Source: Rebecca billardiae RCC1528
Lineage: Eukaryota > Protista > Haptophyta
Direction: 5' to 3'
Assembly: GCA_965240325.2 (NCBI GenBank)
Contig: OZ251235.1
Location: 1,612,001 to 1,676,000 of the forward strand
DNA: 64,000 bases
The notes below the pieces were generated by a model. The model did no database searches. It was not told the DNA's origin and worked only from the letters and a program-made list of their open reading frames with translations. The position numbers were made by a program, and so were the translations under genes. Positions 35,813-48,003 of the stretch are shown here, piece by piece (position 1 is the first letter of the stretch; each line of letters starts with the position of its first letter).

Positions 35813-36620
35813 TCTCCCGCCCGTGCAGACGCCGCGCGTTCCGTTCACGCCAAAGCTCTGGTCGCGGCCGGCGCCTGTGCAGACCTCTCCCGAGTCATCC
35901 CGCGCCTCGTCGACGCCGCACCGGCACAGCGCGGTGGCGGGGAGCAAGATCCTCAAGCGCAAGCGCGTCAAGAAGCACCACGCCCCGCCGCCCCCCGCCG
36001 AGCCCGCCCCGCCCGCCTCCATCCTCCCGTCCTTCCTGGTGCTCAAGGCGCCGCCGCCGCCCAAGCTCGGCTCGCAGGCGTCGGGGCCGTCCGCGAGCGG
36101 CGGCGCGGCCAAGGGCGAGTCGGCGCCGCGCACGCCGGTGAGCGGGAGGTCTGCGGCGCCCTTCTCGCCTGCCAAGGTGGGCTCGGCGATCCGCGAGGCC
36201 ATCGCCATGGCCTCGCCCCGCCGCTTTGCCCACCTCGACGACGTGCGCGCGGCCATCATGTTTGCGCCGTCCGCCGGTGTGTCGCCCTCGTCGTCCGCAG
36301 AGTCGTCGGCCGACATGTCCGGGGACACGTCGTCGGACGACGAGGAGACCGACCTGGCCAACACGGTGCACGCGATGTCGTTCAAGGCGGAGCTCCTCGA
36401 GGCCGTGCTCGACTGGTCGATGCGCCGCGGCCGCTCGCTGCCGCCAAAGACCTTCTGCCGCTCGTGCAACGAGCTCATTGTCTCAGCGCCGCCCTCGTCG
36501 CCGCGCACGGTGCACATCGGCTGCGTCGGCTGCCACACGGTGTGGCACAGGCAGTGCTTGACGCGCGGGCGCATATCGCGCGCCGCCGAGTTCACGTGCT
36601 CGGACTGCATCGAGGGCTGA
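35115..36620 (+). CDS. Signal peptide + ricin-B-like region + TM + Pro-rich linker + C-terminal PHD finger
   Basis: Single 501-aa ORF. GLCL..L.PC..W..CLD..L..C..W pattern, hydrophobic GWLAAFAALACVLTLGAAG, basic KRKRVKK, and C4HC3 finger CRSC/CVGC/HRQC/FTCSDC. Confidence 0.65.
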
Positions 36621-37073
36621 TGGCGCGCAGGGGAGGTGGTGGTCGCTGGGGGATGGCGCCGTAATGGCCGATCGGCGGGCCGCTCAGGAGTCAGGCTGGC
36701 ATACTCATTCTATGATTTAACGACACAGGTAGGACGACGCGGGTCTCCTGATTCGTCGGCGGCAGTGCCCGATCGTCGTGACACGAACTCGAAGCGGGGA
36801 TTCGGGGGGAAGTCGCCAGTGCCCAGTCGCCGTCGGCGTCACTGGTGCGGCACGGAGCATAGCCTGCACCGCGATCGTAAAGCTTGAGCGCGGCCTTGAG
36901 CTGCTGGAGCGCGGTCCACCGGCACCTGCGCTGCGCGGCCTCGCATGGCCCTGCTGTGCCCCGAGCGAGGGATACTCGCTAGCTAAATAATAATAAATTA
37001 ATAAATATTAAAGTGGCCGCGGTGTACGAATGCGTTAGGACCAATGAACTGACGATGGCAATAGTAACAGTGT

Positions 37074-38795
37074 TAGGGGGGCCAAAGTGGCTAACTGTGA
37101 CGTGACTGACGGCTACGAGCGCTGGTCCTAGCGAGTGTTTAGCGCTGATTTCGGGCTGGATCATTTGCCCTCTGGAGGGGTCTGGGCCAGCCAAGGAAAA
37201 AAAGCAGGTGCACATACCCTGAATATAGGGCGTAACGGCTAGCATATTTACTTATTAGAACGAGCCTGAACTTATTGGAAACGGTATGTAACGGCCGTCC
37301 TATGTGTGACATGTAGAGCATGTCGACCTCACTTTGATAGAGCATCTCAGCAAGATCGTTCTGAGTCCCCAGCAGCAGCAGGTCCCAACATGCGATATAG
37401 GCTGTGTACTGGCAGGCTGTCAAACACGTATAGTTTCCCGGAAGCCACTGGTCGTTACATATCCACCGTGTATATCGGCGCCATGCTGATGAATACAGTC
37501 TCGTAAGATCTCGAGCTGCGAGATACGCTTTCAGACTGTGTATACGGCCACGCGTACGGCCGTATTGCAGACATGATGGACCCAAAGCACCGGCCCCATG
37601 TCCTCAGCCCGGGAGTACTCTCGATCATAGTCAAGGTTTGAAGTCACTCGAGCCAACCGTCACCGCTCCATGGCCGATACATACGAGGCAGGTCAAATCT
37701 GTCGTCGTCGCAGTGCGGCACAGTGCCGAGCATGCGATTCGGCAGCAAACACCTGCTCCAGGCGGTGGCTGACGTCTCTGCGCCAAACCAGGCTGGATGG
37801 GATCGGTCCATATAGGCACGCTCTACCCTGTTCCGCGCTAATTATGGGCTTTGGGGCGGGTATTCGGCCTACAGAGGCTGATCCGGCGCTGTTCGGCGCT
37901 CCTGGCTGACTGCGCGGAGCCCAACGGCACGCGCCGGCGTGTGCGAGATGTCAAGATTGAGACGGTCTCTGACGCTCCCGCCGGTCGTGGGCGCACCAGG
38001 GTGCATGGGGGCCCATCTGCATCTGCTTCTGCAGGCATGCGCGTCCCAGGGGCGCGCTTGCAGGCACGGTCGAGTGCACGTCGGACCTGTCGAATGAGCC
38101 ATCCGCAGCCTGCGAGCACGTCCGCGACGTCCTGAGAGGCGAATGGGAGGCGCCCCGACGCCATCTGGGGTTACGCGTGACCCATACCCAACGTGCTGAC
38201 CATCGCAAGTGCCACGGCAGGTGCAAACACGGGCCCTACGAGCGGAACATGGCATTTGTGGGCTCCGCGGAGGTGTTGCGCGCGAGCTCGCGCCGGTCTG
38301 CTGACGGCGATTTCGGCGCAGTAGGGCAGGTTAGGCGAGCTGGGCATCCACATACATACATGGGCACTTGGTGCGAGCATCGATCTCAACTGTGCGAGTT
38401 GATCATGAGCCACACCGTGCGGTAGCGTGATGAGCGTACGCAGCGCGCCAACTCAAGCCGGCCGACGCGCGCCGCGCGCGGCGCGAGGTGGCCAAGAAGC
38501 GGGTGGTGAGCCGCTGGTGGCGCAAAGACAAGGGTCAGCAGCGCCCACCAGCGTCACGCGCGCGCGCTCCCGAGACCATCTCGGCGTCTAATAGGTCGCG
38601 AGCGCGCGGCGGTCCACTGCCTCCGGCCGCTCGTGCTCGAGCGGAACCGAGCTCTGAGCTCCCGAAGGCGTCGGAGCTCGATTTTCGAGCGGGGTCCGAG
38701 AAAAAGGCTCCGCGCCACCCTAAAAGGCCGAGGGAGGAGCGAAAATGCGCCGCGGCTTGGATTTTCTTTTTTAATTGGGCGGTTTGGCCCCCCTA
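37074..38795. mobile_element. Degenerate hAT-like TIR element (1.7 kb)
   Basis: Perfect 13-bp TIR TAGGGGGGCCAAA / TTTGGCCCCCCTA. GTAACAG occurs on both flanks (offset 3 bp on the left). Lower GC interior with broken ORFs. Confidence 0.65.
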
Positions 38796-39380
38796 GTAAC
38801 AGCCCTTCGACTTCAGTCATCGATTGACTCAGTCACATCGTGGCCCGCGACGAGAGTCACGAGGCGGCCAGTGACGCCCTGACGAGTGAGTGTCAGTGAG
38901 TCGAGTCGGACGCCCCACGGCCACGCGGGTGACACTAGTGACTCCGACCGTGGGCTCAGCCGCACGGAGCGGCACGGACGGGCACTCGGGAGTCGGGGCG
39001 GCCGGGCAGAACCGCTCAGCAGCTGCTGCACTACTCTGTACTCAGCACTGCATGCGGGCCGACATCGCCGCCATCGACATTGCCATTCAATATTCATATA
39101 GATATATATATTCGCCGGCCGATTCGGCTCGTGTTTCGCAGGAGGGACTCCCGGAGGTGACCGCAGCGGCCGCAGCGCGGTCCGGGTCCCAACCAACTGG
39201 CACCGCGCGTCCCGCCGTCCGGTAGTCGGTACCGCACCGCCGTCGGCGCCCGGCCGTCGCTGTCCCGCGTCCGCTATTTCGGGCGTCGCCCTGTCCGTCA
39301 CGCCTGCCGTCTGCCGTCAGCGGCCAGAGAGTGAGAGACTTAGCTCGAGACTTCGCACGTCCCTCGTCTGATGAATCAAC

Positions 39381-41696
39381 TCACCGCCGCCTGGCGGCGT
39401 CGCGGCTCTCAGAGACGGCCTCGGACGAGCTCGGCATCGCCCCGAAGCCGAAGTGAAACGCGCCCGGCGAGAGCGGCGGCGAGTGCAGCGGCGGCACGCC
39501 GCCGGCATCGTCCCGCGGCTGCGCGCCGAGCAGCCCGTGCTCGGCCAAGAAGGGCCGCAGCGAGAGCGGCGCCCCGCCGAGCGCCGCGCCCAGCATGGCC
39601 GCCGGCTCTCGCGCGTTGCCCGGCGCGAGCACGTGCTCGCGCAGCGCGTCGCCTGCCGCGCGCGAGAGCGGGTCGTGCGCGAAGCGGTGCTCCCACAGCT
39701 GCGCCGCGAGCACCTTGCACCAGAGGTACGCGTAGTACCCCGCCGCGTAGCCCAGCACGTGCGAGAACTGCGCGTGCCAGTGCGTGCCCTCGACCCACGG
39801 CAGCGCGCGTCCGTACGTGGCCTCGTGCAGCGCGCGCATCGCCGCGGTCGAGTCCTCGAGCGGCGGGCTGGCGGAGTGGAAGAGGAGGTCCGCGCGCGCG
39901 AGCACGAGCTGCGCGCTCAGGTCGTACCCGGCGAACATCTCGCCGGACGCCTTGAGCCGCTGCAGCAGCTCGCGCGGCACCACCGCGCCCGTGCGCACGT
40001 GCGTCGCCCAGCCGCTCACGACGCGCCAGTCGAGCGCGAATCGCTCCAGCAGCAGCGCGGGGCATTCGACAAAGTCGGTCGGCCCGCGCACGCCCGAGAG
40101 GTGCTGGAACTCCGTCGCGCCGAGCAGCGCGTGCAGGGCGTGGCCCAGCTCGTGGTGCAGCGTCACGAGCTCGCCGTGCGAGAGCAGCGTGGGCGCGCCC
40201 GCCGCGGGCGCCGAGCCGAACGAGCACGCGATCGCCACAACCGGCACCGCCGGCTCGGCCACGTCCGGCTCGCGGCCGGCGCCGCCCTCGCCACACGAGA
40301 CGGTGTACGTCGCCGAGACCGGGTGCTTGGCCGGCCGCGCGAAGAGGTCGAGGTACAGGTGGCCGAGCACGCGCGCGCCGCTCGGCAGCCGCGGCGCGCC
40401 GCCGGGCGCGACGCCGTGCGCGCCCTCCGCGTCGCACAGCGCCAGCTTGAGCACGTGCGGCGCCCACAGCTGCTCGGCGCCGCGCTCCGCGTCGGTCAGC
40501 TCGTGCAGCGAGAGACCGAACAGCGAGCGCACCAGCCCGCTCAGCCCGGCGAGGACGCAGCGCAGCTCGAAGAAGTGCGAGAGGGCGGAGCCGTCGAGCT
40601 CGTACGCGCTCGCCTTGAGCTGGCCGGTGAGGAACGGCACGTCCCACGCGCGCAGCGAGGGATCGGACGGCGCGGCGCCTCCGCGCGCGCGCATCTGCGC
40701 GGCCGCGGCTTCCATCAGCGCGAGCTCCGCGCCCATCTTGGGCCGGACGTGCGCGCCGATCACGCCGAGGAACTGCTCGATCTCGGCGGTAGAGGTGGCC
40801 ATGCGCCCGTACGCGAGGGCCATGTCCGCGTGCGACGCGAAGCCCAGCGTGCGCGCCAGCTCGGCCCGCGTGCGCAGCAGCTCGGCAAGGCGCGGCACGT
40901 TGGCGGGCGCGCGCGAGTGCGCGCGCCGCCACACGCGCTCGCGCAGCGACGCGTCCGGCGCCCACTTGAGCACGGCGCTGCACACCGCCGGGTCGTCGGT
41001 GCTGACGAGGGCTTCGCGCCCACGACGCGGCAGCGCGCGCAGCACGCTGCCGGGCAGCCGGCTCACCAGCGCCACGTCGACCCAGAGCTCGCCGTCGCCG
41101 CCGCCCGGCTCGGTGGGCGGGCGCTCAGCCGAGAGCTCGGCCATGAAGTCGACCGAGAGGCCGGCGACGCGCTGCTGCAGGGCGTGGACGCGCGCCTGCG
41201 TGCCGGCGGGCAGGTGCACGCCATCCGCCTCGAACTCCGCCGCGAGCAGGTCGGCGAAGCGCCGCTGCTCCACCGAGAGCGACGGGGCGACGGTCGCCGA
41301 GTGGCGCACGCGCTGCAGCGCATCGTACAGCCGCCGGTCGGTGTTCAGCACGGCCATCGCCTGGCCGACGGCGGCGCTCGCCTCGTCGGCGGCGCGCACC
41401 CACGCGACGTCCGGGTGCACTGCCTGAACGAGCGCCGTCACGTCGAGGACCGAGCACAGCGCGCGCGAGATGTCGTCGAGCCGGTGCAGCACGCGCACGG
41501 AAGGCGGGAGCGAGGCCACCTCTGCGACGAGCGTGCTGCAGCGCGCCTGCGCGCGCGAGGCGCGGAGCAGCAGGTCGGGTGGGCGATGCAGGTCCGGGAG
41601 CCCGAACAGACCGGGTCGGCCGCGCTGCCCCCGGTCGGATGGGGCCGACGCCCCGACGAGTTGCCTCGTCGCCCTCAACACGCGGCGAGACGCCAT
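39381..41696 (-). CDS. MIPEP: Mitochondrial intermediate peptidase (peptidase M3A)
   Basis: Transit-like N-terminus, LDDISRALCSVLD, zinc motif HELGHALH, GPTDFVECP, HVLGYAAGYYAYLW. Intronless, 771 aa. Confidence 0.92.
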   Translation of the reverse strand: MASRRVLRATRQLVGASAPSDRGQRGRPGLFGLPDLHRPPDLLLRASRAQARCSTLVAEVASLPPSVRVLHRLDDISRALCSVLDVTALVQAVHPDVAWVRAADEASAAVGQAMAVLNTDRRLYDALQRVRHSATVAPSLSVEQRRFADLLAAEFEADGVHLPAGTQARVHALQQRVAGLSVDFMAELSAERPPTEPGGGDGELWVDVALVSRLPGSVLRALPRRGREALVSTDDPAVCSAVLKWAPDASLRERVWRRAHSRAPANVPRLAELLRTRAELARTLGFASHADMALAYGRMATSTAEIEQFLGVIGAHVRPKMGAELALMEAAAAQMRARGGAAPSDPSLRAWDVPFLTGQLKASAYELDGSALSHFFELRCVLAGLSGLVRSLFGLSLHELTDAERGAEQLWAPHVLKLALCDAEGAHGVAPGGAPRLPSGARVLGHLYLDLFARPAKHPVSATYTVSCGEGGAGREPDVAEPAVPVVAIACSFGSAPAAGAPTLLSHGELVTLHHELGHALHALLGATEFQHLSGVRGPTDFVECPALLLERFALDWRVVSGWATHVRTGAVVPRELLQRLKASGEMFAGYDLSAQLVLARADLLFHSASPPLEDSTAAMRALHEATYGRALPWVEGTHWHAQFSHVLGYAAGYYAYLWCKVLAAQLWEHRFAHDPLSRAAGDALREHVLAPGNAREPAAMLGAALGGAPLSLRPFLAEHGLLGAQPRDDAGGVPPLHSPPLSPGAFHFGFGAMPSSSEAVSESRDAARRR

Positions 41697-42325
41697 TGCG
41701 CTCGAGGCGAGCTCGGGGAGAAATGAGAATTCCGCAGCAAATCGATCGGATCGGCCTGTGGATTTTCCTTTTGGGGAGCCGATTTATTGATCAATTGATG
41801 GCAACCCGCCCCCGGTAGCATCGACGACACCAATTATAAGTGGTCTCGAAAGGCATATGATAATCGGCCAGCGTCGACAATGGTCATTTTGAAGCATTTC
41901 ATATTCATCACAAGGCCTTTTGAAGGAGTCGATATTCATCACGGGGCTGACCGCTCGCTGCACGAGCGGTAATCTCGAACACCCGTGGCGTTGGTGGTGT
42001 GATCGACGATGGACGTTCGAGAAGGGTTCGAGCGAGGTGTCGATCGTGGACCCTCCGTGGACCGATGGTGGGTAATTACCAATTAGCGTGACAGAGCATC
42101 AGTCAGTACTCACTTTGACCATCGCATTGACGAGCTGAGTAGCTGACCGCTCCGAATTGACGATATATGATTCGTCGGCGAGGATCCACCCCACCGCCTT
42201 TTGATGATCATCGAGCAGTAGCGCTCTCAACGGCGCATCTTGGGAGTCTGGACCCCTTTCGGGTTGGGGAGGAGGCTGGGGGGAGTTGACCTTGCCAGTG
42301 ACGTGCAGCTGCAACCGCCGCTGCC

Positions 42326-44200
42326 ATGAGCCACTCCGCCGCCGCGGAGCCGGCGACGGCGTGGGCGCCGATGGACGAAAGGACGGGCGAACGACGCCCA
42401 CAGCTACTGATTTCCACGATCGAGGAGCACACGAATCGCTCGTGCCTCTCGTCTCCGTTGCGAGCGCCGAGCGACGTGCTCCCTCCGCCGGTCTCCCTCC
42501 CCGAGCGGCTAGAGGATGACCTCGAGCTCTCGCCTGAGGCGTCGCCGACGCGGCTCGTCACCGCCGATGGCGATCGCATACCGATGCCGTACGCTGCCCC
42601 GCGCTCGCACGAGAACGCCTCCAGCCCAGCAGTACACACGGCGCTGCGCGACGTGGCACCTGACGCCGTGCCCGTGCCAGCCCCTGCGCCCGCTGCGGAT
42701 CATTCGGCGCGCAAGTGCGCCATTCTCGCACACCAGGACTTGGGCACGGACGCGTTCTGGACGGGATACTCGGCTTGGGGCGCCGAACACGCGGCCGGTG
42801 GGAATGCTGCCGGCGTGGTGCCGAGCTTCCAACCCACCACCGAGGCACTAGCAGCAGCCCCTGCAGCTGAGGCTTGTGCACAAGCGCCGCTGGCTGCCGG
42901 CTGCCCGGCCTCCCTCCCTCACGGGCCGCCGCGCGCGCCGAGCGCTCGCGTGCGCCACGCGCGTGAGGACACGCGCGAGTCACAGGGGGCACGCGTCGAG
43001 AGCGTGGCCCAGCCCCCGTCGCCGAAGAAGAGGCGTGTCTCGGCGGCTGCCTACTATGCGCCGGCGCCGCGCATCGGCAGGCGGTTCCAGGCGATCGTGC
43101 CGCCCTTCCAGGCCGATGCGCCGGCGTCGACGGAGGAGCCCTGGGTGGAAAGAGAAGAGGGCACGGAGTTTGACGAGGACGAGCGCGTGGGCACGCTCCT
43201 GTACTCGCCTGAGGAGGGCGCGTGCGTCAAGCCAGATGCACTGCGCATGCACCTGGCGGGCCGAGCTGTGCCACTGGGTGCAGAGGCAGCGGTGGCGTTC
43301 GCCACGGCGCTCGCTGCGGGCGCGGCGCGGTGCGAGGAGGAGGAGGAGGACATCGACCTGTGCCTGGTGACTTCAGAAGTGCGCGCGAGATTCGGCGTGG
43401 CCGTGCAGCCCGCTGTGATCATGCAGCACTACTACTCTGAGTTCTGGAGACAAGCGCTGGACTCGCGTGCGACGTGCGAGGTGCTGGCTGCGCGAGGCCA
43501 CTCGGGCGACGTGCGCGTGGCGTACAGGCTGCCCGCGCCCGGCGACCTGGCACAGCGACGGCGCGCACTGCGCGCGTGGGACCCGTGCGCCGACGAGCCT
43601 GGCGCCGACGAGCCTGGCGACAAGAGCGGCTGGAATGGGCGCGCTCCTGGCGCTGTGTGCGAGCCGGCAGAGTCCGCTTGGGCGCTCGTCCTGCTCGCGG
43701 ACAGCGCACACTGTCCTGCTGCCATGCTGCACCAGCCCTTGCCGGCGCCAAGCCCGGACAGCGCGCGTTCAGCGATCGCAACGGTGAACGTGTCGCGACT
43801 GGCACCGCCCACCGGCGTGAGTGCGTGCACGTACACCGTGCACGTGTACAGGGATGGCAGGAGCGTTGCTCGCGCGGCGCAGGGCGTGACTGTGCATCGT
43901 CCAGCCGACGATGCGCCGGTGGCCATGCCAGCCGGCACGTCTGCGGACGCGCGCGGCATCTGGCCGCAGCAGCAGCTTTGCCGCACGCCCGCGCCGGCAT
44001 TCGATTCGCTCTTTCGCGCGGCGCTGACGGCCAATGCCCGCCGCTCTGAGCTGGGCCTGGCCCTGCAGCCTGGCGAGAGGAGCGAGCAGACAAAGGCGTT
44101 GCCCAAGGCCGTCAAGCTCGTGGTGCCTGCGCCCGTACGCATTCGCGTCGCACGATTGCACAGCAGCACGAGGCCTGTGCGCCCTAGCGCCGTGCGCTGA
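42326..44200 (+). CDS. ELM2-like motif hypothetical nuclear protein
   Basis: PRIGRRFQAIVPPF resembles the ELM2 IRVG..YQA.IP motif; NLS-like PKKRR; 624-aa ORF. Confidence 0.6.
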   Translation: MSHSAAAEPATAWAPMDERTGERRPQLLISTIEEHTNRSCLSSPLRAPSDVLPPPVSLPERLEDDLELSPEASPTRLVTADGDRIPMPYAAPRSHENASSPAVHTALRDVAPDAVPVPAPAPAADHSARKCAILAHQDLGTDAFWTGYSAWGAEHAAGGNAAGVVPSFQPTTEALAAAPAAEACAQAPLAAGCPASLPHGPPRAPSARVRHAREDTRESQGARVESVAQPPSPKKRRVSAAAYYAPAPRIGRRFQAIVPPFQADAPASTEEPWVEREEGTEFDEDERVGTLLYSPEEGACVKPDALRMHLAGRAVPLGAEAAVAFATALAAGAARCEEEEEDIDLCLVTSEVRARFGVAVQPAVIMQHYYSEFWRQALDSRATCEVLAARGHSGDVRVAYRLPAPGDLAQRRRALRAWDPCADEPGADEPGDKSGWNGRAPGAVCEPAESAWALVLLADSAHCPAAMLHQPLPAPSPDSARSAIATVNVSRLAPPTGVSACTYTVHVYRDGRSVARAAQGVTVHRPADDAPVAMPAGTSADARGIWPQQQLCRTPAPAFDSLFRAALTANARRSELGLALQPGERSEQTKALPKAVKLVVPAPVRIRVARLHSSTRPVRPSAVR

Positions 44201-47182
44201 GTGGCTAGCCCTGAGAGTGGCTAGCCCCTCAGGCAGGCTTGCTGTGCTGGCCTGTGCCCTGCAGACGAGCAGCCCAGGAGTCGTCGTCAAGCACAGTTCT
44301 GGGGCGTTCTGTCACCATCGAGTTGATTCAGATGGAGCATGCAGCATCGAGACGGCGAGTTCAGAGTTCCAGAGACGGTTCCAGATGGTGGCGGCGACGA
44401 CCCATACTCATAGGCGACGACCAATCACTCCAACACAAGAACTTGGCCTCAAAATATCGTCTGTGCGACCGACTACGGTAGTGTGCCCCTGCAGTGAGGC
44501 CGCGCCGAGACCGCCAGGCCGCGCCGCAGGTTACTCAGTTGAGGGCCCAGCAGTTTCAGAGTTCAGTGAGTTGGCACCGTTCTGAACTACAGTCAGTACT
44601 AAGCTACTGACTGCGGCTGACGAGTAAGTAAGTGTCACTGTCAGTCACGGTGGCGGCCACGCCGGCCACCGGCTCTAGCGCAGCCAAGGCTTCGGGGGCG
44701 CCTTGAACCGTCTGTCGTCTAACGAGTACTGGGCGGCCCTCGAGGGCGTCGGCGTCATAACCAGAGTGGACCCGGCCGCAGTCGGTCGCCTGACGGACTA
44801 GTCACCGCTGCGTTTTTCCACGGGCCGGTCCGCCAGACCGCGAAACAATTCACGCATTTTCAGAGCGAGTCGCGGCTCCGCCTTCCCATTGGTCGGTTGG
44901 GGGGGGATCGAAAAATGAGCGGTCGCCAAAGTGAGACATATTATCTCAATACCATCAGGCGAAAGACTGGAATCAGGAAGAAAACGAGCCAATGGTCGTC
45001 CCGGAAGGCATGATGGCTTGGCCGCAATCTCCTTAGCATCTCAGCAATCTTCGCTCCTTTTTTGTGTCCTTCTCCACCCTCCACGAGGCCTGGACGAGAT
45101 CGCTTGCGAGCGGAAGGGCTTCGGGTCGAGACTCGAGTAGAGCGCGTCAAAGCGAGGGAGCCGCTGGCTCGCTGGCTCCGTGAGGTTCAAGGCAGCTAGC
45201 CGCCGACGCTGATGGCGAAGACGGCGGCTGGCCAAGGGCCGTAAGGGCACCCAACTCCCAGTGCGGCCAGCTCGGAGGTTGAGGTGCCTCTGTCTGTCTC
45301 GTGGCCTCGCGACTCGCGTCCGGCCGGCGTGCTTCAAACGCTGCGCGAGGGCGCGACGTCGAGCGCTCTGCCTGGATGACTGGCGGCGATGCCGAACCCG
45401 GACGGCTCGCCGCTGAGCGGCGCGGGTCAAGGCTCTCCTGACACGCGCGTGAGTCCGCCAGGCTCGCCTCTTTCGCCTCTCGGCCCGTGCAATCGGCAGT
45501 TGCCAACGCGGCGCGCGAGCTCACTCGTGCCGTGCGCGCCAGCAGCAAACGGAGCGCTCGGGCTGCTTGCACCGGGCACGCAGGGGCAAGCGTGGGCGCC
45601 CGCCCGCACTTTGGCTTGTAGGCCCCTACGGGCAGCCTCCATGTCCGCCTGACTCACTTCCGTTCCCGGCGGTCGGCTGCTCGACTCGTCGCGCGTCCGG
45701 TGGCCTCAGCCGAGCTGCGCTCGGCTCGCCCCCACCTCCGCCTCCACCTCCGCCTCGCCATCAGCACTGTCCGCCTCGCCCGCCGCGCGCCGCCCGCCGC
45801 GCGCCGCCCGCCGCGGCGCCCCGTCATGCCCGCACCCTCGCCTCCCGCGTCTTCGGCGACGGGCCACTCACCGCGGGCACTCACGGCGGCGAGCACAACA
45901 GAGGCGCCCCAACCTCCGCACTGGGAGTTGGGTGCCCTTACGGCCCTTGGGCTGGCGATGGTCGCAACTCAAGTGGGATTGGGGATTGGAAGATGGGCTG
46001 AAAGACCAGGCATCGTATTCAACTCCAGCCGACCAACACTGCAGCTCTGTGATGCGGGCCCGGCCACTGGTCTGTACACGGCAGGCCCCGGGCTTGCGTC
46101 GCGCCGCAGGTTGGGGTCGCCGGCCTTCCTATAGGCGCTCACCACGGCTCTTGCGACGGTGACGGTGACATGGATGAAGACGATGGCGACGCCTTTCACG
46201 ACGCTGCCTCTGCGTGGCCAGACTCGCTGCGCAGTCGATCGGCCGGATGCACATCAAAAGGGTGGTGGCGGGCCGGTCCGCGGCGGGCAAGCTCATCATG
46301 TCGTTAGGGCCTGGCGTCCGCGGCATGTGCCGTTTTCACCTCCCGCAGGTCGCATTTGAGCTGATGGAGTTATGCGGCGACGTCCTCAAGACCGGGCCAG
46401 AGGATCACAGCGTGGAGTGCAACGCTTGTTCTGCCGGGCGGTGAGCCGCGCGTGTTGATTCGCCGCGAATGATCGCTCGGCGACGACGACTACCGGTCGT
46501 CGACTATACGGGATTAACGGCCGCGTACGTACTGCTATAATAACGGCGGTATAACTATCGGACCGTGTAGTAGTACCGGCGGGCCGTGGCGCGCCGCCGA
46601 GTCGTGCCGATTCCAGGACGTTATTCCGCCTATTCGTTCCGACGACTCATCCGACGTCGGGCCCGCGCGCGCATGTTAGCCCGTTATTATTACTCGTCGT
46701 TGTTCACCTACTTCCTGAATTCCTCATCCCGATCCGAGTCCGACTCAGAAGTCAGTGTCAGATCCGGGCGCTGCGCCATCAGTGCGGGCGGCGTCACCAC
46801 TTCTGTCGCCGCCGGCGGAACGTCTCCGCCGCCGGTCGGACCGGCGCTAGAAGTCGTAGCAGATGAATTACTGGCGCTATTATTGCTAGATCCGAGTATC
46901 CGTGACCGTCAGACGGTGATGCGGCACCGTGTCCCGTGATGCGGGACATGAGTCTGGTCCGGCGGCGGCACTCGCCAATCGCGATAGTTCGACACGCGGT
47001 GACTGCATGCTCTGATGATGATCGTCATCTGTATATTGAGTGACTGGCGGGCAGCAGAGTGACGACGACGCCCACCGCGCTGTCGTCCGTCTAGTGCCAA
47101 GCTCCCAAGAGTCATCGTCGCGGGCCTTTGACGCGGGGCGCCGTGCGCACCGGCGCTGCAATAACTCGCCAACTCGGCATCG

Positions 47183-48003
47183 TCACGAGTCTGCACGGGC
47201 CTCGGCCGATTTGGTGAACCCAGCGGCGTGCACTGCCGCGAGCGTGCTGCCCGGGCTGACCTTGGATTCGATGCCAGAGTGATAAGACATGACAATTCCA
47301 TAGTCTGTGCTTGCCCTCCCCACTACCCGCGTACGCCGCGAGTGCCTCCGTACGAGTTCATGGCCGCGTAGAACGGCGCACCGTGCGGCGGGCGACGAGG
47401 CCGCACTCGTGAGCTGCATGCTGCATCCAGGCAACGCCTTGGACGCGTACCTGTGCTTCCTGAGAAGGCGGGCCTCACGCCTGGCTGCGCTGGTGTCGGT
47501 GGACGCCCTGAGCTTCACCGCAGCCAGCCCACCCTGGGCGTCGACAACCTTGTTTACAAACCGTGCCGTGCAGGAGCCCGCTCCCACAAGCTGCTCTCAC
47601 AGTGAGCCGCAGCTGGGACATCCATCTGTTCGGCCTCCTCGCTGGGGAGCGTCAGGTCGAGCGCCGGAACTTCCGACTTGCGCGAGCCCAGCAGCCGGCC
47701 GAGCGGCGCCCAGCCGCGCGCGCTCTCCCCCTCCGCGCGGCGCAGCGTGAATGAAGGCGGGCGCGCACGACGTTGATTGAGAAAGAGCTCCTCCTCCTGC
47801 ACGCGCAGGCTCCACAGCACAAGCGCGCCCGATGCGAAGAGGAAAGCATCGAAGGGTGCGGGCAGCGCGTCAGCTCGTCGCGCTCCCACTGAGAGCGCGA
47901 CGTGGGCAACGTGAACGTCACGTGCCGACGGGCGTCGGTCAGACGACGTGGACGGGAGGCGAGCAGCGCGGCGGAGGAGACGTGGGTGCCAGTGAGCGTG
48001 CAC
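47183..48003 (-). pseudogene. Degenerate gene fragments (DUF155/RMD1-like piece next to a kinase N-lobe-like piece)
   Basis: DAFLFASGALVLWSL...EEELFL, then GAGS...AAVKL...ARREARLL...GIVMSY. Neither domain is complete. Confidence 0.3.

Noticed and set aside
41803-42074. Possible ~270-bp MITE between MIP and the ELM2-like gene
   Set aside because: The inverted match is short and imperfect, with no TSD and no second copy in the window.
45232-45950. ~50-bp inverted repeat pair (about 45232-45291 and 45899-45950)
   Set aside because: Real similarity but interrupted, with no TSD or convincing gene; it cannot be assigned.
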